A stretch of 59,505 nucleotides of DNA, the filler included, from Jimgerdemannia flammicorona (taxonomy: Eukaryota): NCBI GenBank assembly GCA_003990765.1. It is 2 parts of 2 records of this genome, joined end to end, with 100 filler letters (N's around TTAATTAATTAA, not from the genome) between each part and the next. Parts side by side here need not be neighbours in the genome. Positions count along the whole stretch, not along the records: positions 29,807 to 59,505 come from RBNJ01000475.1; 1 more part is not named here. The stretch is one strand, 5' to 3'. This document shows, piece by piece, positions 51,803 through 59,505 of the stretch (position 1 is the first letter of the stretch; the number at the start of each line of letters is the position of its first letter). The notes beneath the pieces are model-generated. The model was given only the letters and a program-made list of their open reading frames with translations, was not told the DNA's origin and did not search any database. A program made the position numbers and the translations under genes.

Positions 51803-54800
51803 ACTCTCCCCTTCTTAGCTTTCGATGTCCTCATTGGGACCTTCTAATTTGTTCTAGTGTTGTTATACCATTTGGGAGGTCAAAAGTCCAGTAAAGTCCA
51901 TTTTTCTCAGAAAGTGGTATACTCATAGTATAGTTGCCTAATGTGTTGGATTTATATATTAAAGGGTTGTATGTTCAATACTATACACCAGAAGTGATTC
52001 TGATGTCATTCACTACTGGAGAATTTCCTCTAAAAAATCTTCTTAAATATCTATGTCTCATTTTTCACTAGTGGTACAGAGAGAATAGGCTTGCTTTCAG
52101 TTTTGCTGTTTTTTCACAGGGTCAGTATTCTTTTGTCTTGACTTGCTGAGTTCTTGATTTTATTCATGATAATTATAATATTTGGGAGGGTAATATATAG
52201 TATATACTGATAGGTGTAGAGTATTTGGTTTTAGTTGTTTAAGAAATTATATTCCTGAACTAAGTCAGTAGCATTCTGAAGGTTGGTCTTAGGTTTCTAT
52301 GTTGCATCATGGATCAGGTAACCTTTCTATTTGACAAGGTACTCAGGATAGTTCTTGTGTCCATATTTGTTGAGGATTTGTTCAACTTTATACTCTTCTT
52401 AATCATTAATAATAATAGGTGCAGGTAGTTCCATAGTTTGGTTTGGGAATAGCTCATCATCATTCTCATTGTATCACTTGAGATATTGAATATTGAAGAC
52501 TGAGTAAATCTTAATGGTGTCTGGTAGCATCAATTTATAGGAGGTTGGGAAGACTTGAGAGATGACTTCAAATGGTCCAATAAACTTGCTGTTCAGTTTT
52601 GTGGATGGTCTATGCTTGAGGTTGTCAACTTGGTATCCTCAGATATTCAATAGAACCTTTTCTCTGATATCAAAGGTTTCTCAGTAGTGTTGGTTAATAT
52701 ACTGTGACTGTTGTTCTTGAGCTTATGATAAATTCTCGATTGCAATCTGACTTAGATTACACATTCAGAGTAGAAATTCTTCAACAGCTTCAACTGTAGA
52801 GGGTTCATCAGTGGTTCAGATAAGTGTCAGAGGAGTGTTTGGGTTTTGTCTAGTATTGGCAAAGAATGGGGTCATTCTCAGAGAGGCTTACTTACTGTTG
52901 TTATAGGTAAATTTGACTGTAGTAAGGTATTTATGCCAATCATCTTGTCTATAGGAAATATAGTTCCTTAGTATTTATTTCAGAGTTCAGTTTATCCTTT
53001 CAGTTTGGTCATCAGTTTCAGGGTGAAATGCTGTAGATAGTACAAGTTTTGTTCCAAGGTATGCATAGAGGGCTTTCCAAAAATGGCTGGTAAATTTTGG
53101 GTCTCAGTCACTAATAATGATCTTAAGAAGACCATAATAGTGAAAGATATTGTCAAATAAGAGTATAGCTATGTCTGGTGCTGTTGCAGTAGTAGTAGTT
53201 AGCACAAAGTAGGCCTGTTTGCTGAGATAGTCCATGAAGACAACAATTGCATCTTTCCCATTTTTGGTTCAGGGTAGTTGTATAATAAAGTCCATAGAGA
53301 TTTATTTCTAATTATTGGATGGTACTGGAATAGGGTAGAGTAGGTCAGGTTTTGCTAGTGTTGAGGACTTGTTATATTGGCAGGCATCACAGGAAGTGAT
53401 ATAGGTCTTTAGCTGATCTGCCATGTGGGGCCAATAGAAGTTTTGGGAGATAACTTTATAGTATTTGTCAAATCCTAAATATCCAGCTGTAGGGACATTA
53501 TGACATTCAAATAGGATAGTTCTTCAGAGGTCTCCGTTGTTTGGAACATACAATCTGTTCTTATAGTAGATAGTATTGTCCTTCAGTTGATATTGATGGT
53601 ATTGGGTATACTTGTTAGTATCATCACTGTTTAGGATTTCTCAGAGTACTTGAGCTTCTTTATCATCAGTACATACTGTGATAATTTGTTCCATGATAGA
53701 GTTTGTAACCAGAGTGAGGGTTTGGATAACTTCTTTGATTAGTGGTCTGGAGATTGCATCAGCAATAATATTCTCCTTACTAGGGTGATACTGAATTTCA
53801 TAGTCAAAGTTAGTAAGGACTTTCATCCATCTGGCTTGCTTTCAAGAAAGGGTAGCCTGTGTCTTGATATTGACTAATGACTTGTGGTCAGTCAATATGG
53901 TGAAGTGTGCTCCTTCTAGGTATGGTCACTATTTGATCAGAGTATCTATGATGGCTAAAATTTCCTTCTTATGAGTTGTATAGTTGATTTCAGTATCATT
54001 GAACTTCTGAGAGTAATAGGCCACAGGGTGTCCTTCTTGTATGAGTACTGCTCCAAGAGCTAGGTCAGAGGCATCAGTAGTAACTTCATATAGTAGAGCA
54101 GGGTTTGCCACTTGAAGTACTGGAGTAGTTATCAATGCATTCTTCAGTACTTGAAAGGCTGTATCTTGTTCAGGTCTCCAATTTACAAGATTGTGGAAAT
54201 CTTTCTCTTATTTCATGGTCCAGGACTATTCTTCTTTCTTACTATACTTAGTTATTTGGGTGAGAGCAGTAGCAATTTTGGCAAAGTTGGCAACAAATCA
54301 CCTGTAATAATTTACTAATCTCAGGAATAACTGGAGGTCTTTCAGCTTCTTGGGTCTGGGTCAGTCCTTGATTGTGGAGATTTTGCTGGGGTCTACTTTG
54401 ATCCTATTGGGTGTGACAGTGTGTCCAAGGAATTGTATTTCCTTCAGGAGGAATTCACACTTGCTGAGTTTTACAAAGAGTTAGTTTTTTTAGAGTTTTA
54501 GTAGTATTAGTTCAAGGTATTCAAGGTGTTCTTCCAGAGTTTTGCTGAAGACTAGGATGTCATCAATGTAGATAACTACAAATTTGTCCAGGTATGGGTG
54601 CAAGATAGTATTCATCAGAGTCTGGAAGGTTGCAGGAGTATTAGTTAAGCTAAAGGGTATAACCAGAAATTTGAAATGTCTATAACAAGTTTGGAAGGCT
54701 GTCTTGTAGATGTCTTCTTCTTTCATGGCAATTTGCCAGTAGCTATTTTGCAGGTCAAAAGAGCTCATGAATTGTGAGTTGGTAAGCCTGTCGAAGATTT

Positions 54801-55849
54801 TATCAATTCTGGGTAGTGGGTAATAGTTTTTGATAGTCTGTTCATTGAGGTCTCAGTAATCAATATACATTTGTAGGTCTCCTCCTTTCTTGACAATAAA
54901 GAGGACTGGTGCACCATAGGGTGATATACTAGATCTGATGAATCCTTGTTCTAGAAGTTTGTCAATTTCTTTCTTGAGTACATCAATTTCTCTTAGTAAT
55001 ATGTGGTAGATTGACTTGAAGGCTGGCTTAGCATCTGGAATAGTCTTGATGGTATGGTCTACTGCTTATTTAGAAGGTAGATCTTTTGGAAGTTTCTTTG
55101 AGAATATGTCTCAAAATTGCTGTCTACTTTAGAAAAGTCTTCTTCAGAGTTCTCAGATTCTCCTTTGAATGGGCAGATGGAGATGGCAAAGAGAGAGCAT
55201 TTCTTGGCTAATTTCTTGAGTTATAGCTTATTGATATGAGTGATCTTTGGTCCAGAGTCACTAGAGTTGAGTGGGTCCTTTTTATCTTATAATTTGAAAT
55301 TGTGGTGTTCTTTCTTGATAGTCAGAGAATGGTTTACCCAATCGATCATGGAGTTCTCTTGTTTCAACCATGGGGTTCCAAGGATGATTTCATTATCAGA
55401 GAGTGGTATAATTTGGAGGGTAATATATACTCAGTAGTCACCAATTTGGAAGGATAAGTTGTAGACTTTCTTGCTGATAACATATGAGGTTCCATCAGCT
55501 GTGGCAACTGCTTGAGTTTGTTGTACTGGAGAAGTAAAGACCTTGAGTCTGTTGACTGTTTCTTCATTGATGAAGTTGCCTGAGGCACCACTGTCTATTA
55601 TAATCTTGACAGGTGCTCAGTTGACAAAAGCTTGAAGTGTAAGCAGTTTGTCTACTCTAATGGTAATAATTTCAGTTATAGGAGCTTTTCTTCTGTTGAT
55701 TCTTCTTATTGACATAAGAGAAGCAATCATCAATTATTTGAGAAGAGTACATTCCAATATCATGGGGGCATCAGCCACTAGGTACATATCTATCTTCAAT
55801 TTTCTTATAGAATTGTTCTTCTTTGCTCATGGTAGATTGGACTGGGGCC

Positions 55850-56255
55850 TTGTTTGATGAGCCAAATCCTTTGAATTCTTAGATGGTAGGTAGTAGTTCA
55901 GGAACTTCCTTGACTGTCATAGTTGACTTGATTTTCTCAAATAGGATCTGGGCAATGCAGAAACCTATGGGAATCTTGAAGAGTATCTAACTATGGTTTC
56001 GGATGAGAATGATAATTTTTCCTATATAATCTTTGTCAATGACTCCTCCTTCTATTGAGAGTTCTTTCAGTACTAGGCTGCTGTGACAGTATATTCTTCC
56101 AATATATCCTTCAGGGATTTGGATGCTAATTCCTGTATAGACTTGCTTGACTTCTCAGTTAGAAACTGTAGCTTCTTCGACTGTATACAGGTCATATCCA
56201 GCTGTCTTTTGACTTCCTTTGGTTGGAGCTTTAGCAGTTTGTCTTAACTTGACAA
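55850..56255 (-). pseudogene. dUTPase domain of B, between the Gag zinc knuckle and protease
   Basis: AGYDLY, HSSLV, GGVIDKDYIG, IAQIL, KGFGSS. Confidence 0.88.
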
Positions 56256-57737
56256 AGTCCAGTATTCTGGTAGTCAAGTTATTGAGGTGGTGCAGAGTAG
56301 TAACAGTTGCTTGTATTGCTGTTTGGGGTTTTTGGTTGGGACAGGCACTGGCCATGTGTCCTGTCTTTCAGCAATAGAAGCATGCTTTGCTTCTTCGAAG
56401 TTCATTTCTTTCTTCTTCAGTGAGTTTCTTAAAGGTACTCAGCTGGGTGGATTCATGATTTCTAGATATCCATAAGGCAGATGTTGAGGGAGCTCAGAAT
56501 GCTTCATGCTTGGGTTCTTCTTTTTTGGTCCAAGTTTTTTCCTTGTTGTTGAATTGTCTTTGAGACAGAAGTGGTCCAGCTATTAGGATTTGCTTAACCA
56601 TGGTCTTGATTCTTGCTAGGCACCATTGCTGATAGTCACAACCAACTGGGCAGCCTTGTTCTCAGATTTTTCTGGTAAGCCATTCAGGTAGTGCATCAAA
56701 TAGATGGTCTGCTCTTGTACTATTTTGTGCTTTGTCATTAACAATGTATCCTAGGCCAACAGTGTTCAGGAGTGACTCAAGTTTTGTACAGAAGGTTTCA
56801 AATTCTTCTTTACCATATATATCAAATTTGAGGTTGTAGAGTTTTACTCAAGATTTGGTAATTATGGTTTCACTGTGGTATTGAGCAATCATAAGTTGTT
56901 TCAGTCCAGGGACTGCAGGATGGGCTCCATATTCTGGGGCATTGTTTGCTGCATTTTGAGCAACTACTGCAGATTGGATATCCCATGTAAGAGGTTTTTC
57001 AGAAAGGGTTTGTCACCATTCTTCAGCAGGTCCTTAGAAGAATGTAACAATTTAGCAGACATAGGCTATAGTAGTAGCAAAGAGTTGTTCCAGAGTGTGG
57101 TCTTGATTGTTTGTCAGAAGGTGGTCAGCTATTTACTCATTGGTCCATTGATTGGCTTCAAAGTTGGTATCAACTATACTAATGAAGCTTTGGACTTCTT
57201 GTGTAATACTAGTGAAGGTAGGTAGACTCAGATTTTTGATAGATCAGGTCTGTTCAGCTAAGGCAGTAATGGTTGTTACCATTATTGCTATCTGGGCTGT
57301 GAGATCTAGAATCTATTGGTTCGCTATATTGTTTACTAGAGATGGTTGGACTACTGGTAGTAGTATTACTAGTACTACTTGAGATACTGGTACAGAGTGT
57401 GATAGAGTTCTTTGAGTCTGTGTAAGTTGCTGGAATAATAGTTGTGGGTCTAGAGTAAGAACTCAATAGATAGCTGTTTATTGCTGTGTCAGTATATTTT
57501 GTCCTGATGGAGGTGCATCTCCTTTGGTGATATATCTGAGATCGAATTCACTGAGATACTCCTCCTCCTCTTCAGTTTGGTCTCTGTGTAATTGGGTTTG
57601 CTCAATATCAAAGTAAACAGAATCAGTTATATATCTGATTTCAGATGGACTTAATTTAAAGTCAAGTTCTGGTTCAGTATTGATTTCAGATTTAGGTAGA
57701 ACTGTAGCAGGACCTACTTCTGGTTCAGGGTCAGGTA

Positions 57738-58161
57738 TAGTGCTCCCAATGAATTGAATTGAATTAAATTTGTCCCAAACTTGATTTGATTTGATTGAAT
57801 CAAAGGTTCAATTTGATTTGATTTGAATCAAATCAAAGGTCCAATTCGATTTAAAGTTCAATTTGAACCTTAATTTTCAAAATATAATAACTCAACGAAA
57901 ACTCATCTAAATTTAACATATTTTAGCTTGTTAGATTCACCATATTAATGTGATTCTAACAAGCTAAAGTACGTTAGATTTGGATGAGTTTATGCTGAGT
58001 TATTGCATTTTGAAAATTAGGGTTCAAATTAGACCCTCAATTCAATTCAACTTTTGATTTGATTCGAATTGATTTGAATTGAAAAATCCCCAATTCAATT
58101 CGACTCATTTAACCCTCAATTCGATTTGATTCGAATTGATTTAACTCATTTGGGAGCACTA
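57738..58161. mobile_element. hAT-type MITE copy 3 (424 bp, opposite orientation)
   Basis: TIR TAGTGCTCCCAA/TTGGGAGCACTA and 8-bp TSD GTCAGGTA. Confidence 0.93.
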
Positions 58162-58721
58162 GTCAGGTAGTTGATAAAGGGTTTCTCTTGCTTCTTCTTT
58201 AAAAATATAGTGGGTCTTGCTGTCCTGGAATTGGTAGTATAATGCGGTCTTGGTCCTGGTACAGTGAAAGTCAGTAGAGTTGAGTCACTTAGCTACAGAG
58301 GCTTGGGCTTTATGAGGAACTAAGACTAGAAAGACTGCTGCTGGTTGTTCTAGGTTACTTGGATTTGTAGAGCTGATAAAACTCTTGTTAAGAAGAGTAA
58401 AGAAGGCTTCTATAAGACCTTCTTCATCTTGACTTGCTAGATATAGAGCAAGGAGTTCAGTGAATAGAGTTTCACCTATTTGCTAATTTAATTGAAGTAC
58501 TTCTTTCTTTGAGTGAAGTTTGTTCTACTTGTTGCAGGTGTGGAGGTCAAATTGTCCTTGTATGTCAGGTTCAATTCTCTTTAGATTGTCAGATGGTTCA
58601 GGATAAATTCCAGTTCAGAGGTTAGATCTTATACCAACTTGTAGGAATTCTCAGAGGGGTTTGTAACAGGGTGAGAAAGCATCTTGAAGCAGAATTGGAT
58701 TGTAAATCACTGCTACCAAGT

Positions 58722-59471
58722 TATAAGAGGGTTGCTTTTTTAGGGTAACCATTACATAGTTCTGGAAGGGTTTTCTGGAAGTTCTAGATATTCTGGAAGA
58801 CTGTTTTCTTAAAGTCAAGATCAATTTCATATAGAGTACATTCTCTATGCTTATTGATTTTGAGATTAGGTTGATATCTCAACCAAAGTCCTTTTTCAGA
58901 CTAGTTCTAGATGTTCAGGATTTTCTGTATTTCCAAAAGTTCAAGAAACTAAGACCAGCTTAGTTGAATTAGTGTATTGCTGCAGACAATACCAAATTAG
59001 GAAATTTCGTGATGGGGTTAAGAGTGGGACCTAATGGGGAGCAGATTTACTTAAGGGTGGTTTGTGAGTTATTAAATATATTTATTTACTATTCATAATA
59101 TTACTATACTAGAAGTAGTTATATAAAGGGATATTGTGGGGAAGTGCTCAGAAGTTGTGTTCAGATTGTTCAGATTTGTTTGAGTCTGAGATTCTGAGGT
59201 CTAGGGGAGGGGGTATTTATATTAGTGAGGGGCTATCTGGACTATACTAGATATAGATATAGCACTTAGTACCTTGCTGAGTCAGAATGCAGTCATATAA
59301 TACAAGTGTGATCTGATATATCAAGAGATTGTCTGACTACTAAGTCAGTTCACAGTCATGTCATACAAGGCTAATTTAACTATACTATAACTGCTTATTT
59401 ATAGGTTTAGATACTGTCTGGGTAGTCTTTGATGATATCACCATTGATGACATCATCTCTGATGAAGTAGT

Positions 59472-59473
<2 letters not shown>
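58722..59473 (-). repeat. 5' LTR of B (partial)
   Basis: Collinear with 49731-50483 until the poly-T. Confidence 0.9.

Positions 59474-59505
<32 letters not shown>
59474..59505 (-). mobile_element. Probable poly(A) tail of a further retroposed insertion (LINE-4) in the B 5' LTR
   Basis: A T run replaces the continuation CTAGGAAG seen in the other B LTRs; the element body is outside the window. Confidence 0.55.

Larger units (their letters stand above)
49731..59473 (-). mobile_element. Chromovirus (Ty3/Gypsy) family B: gag, dUTPase, Cys/His module, PR, RT, RH, IN, chromodomain
   Basis: 3' LTR 49731-51802 plus PPT; 5' LTR from 58722; PBS TGGTAGCAG (iMet-like) at ~58708-58718. Motifs: CFYC*KTGHMASAC, IIDSGASGNF, YIDDILVFS, TTDASDLALGAVL; chromodomain at ~52255-52405. 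Confidence 0.92.

Overview
Eukaryotic, probably fungal, DNA; an early-diverging Mucoromycota-like genome is my inference and is not proven. Bases 1-~8100 are CpG-rich genic DNA with two minus-strand genes: a 4-exon Ca2+/calmodulin-dependent protein kinase (590-2520) and an intronless secreted Tos1/YJL171C-like protein (4875-5813). From ~8150 to the end lies a CpG-depleted, C-to-T/G-to-A-decayed nest of transposons, split by an artificial 100-bp contig linker (29707-29806). The nest contains a probable hAT remnant, two copies of a non-chromodomain Ty3/Gypsy family (A), a chromovirus family (B: one near-full copy plus a solo LTR), a third chromovirus (C), three L1/Tx1-like LINEs plus a probable fourth tail, and three palindromic hAT MITEs with 8-bp TSDs. 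The most striking observation is that the distinct families A and B share an accessory set. Both have a dUTPase next to a small CPH(G)-type Cys/His module, but at different polyprotein positions and in opposite order. Both also have a long ORF in the U3 part of unusually long LTRs (1.5 and 2.1 kb), and these two ORFs appear to share a helical motif. In addition, both A copies encode integrase in a different frame from RNase H.
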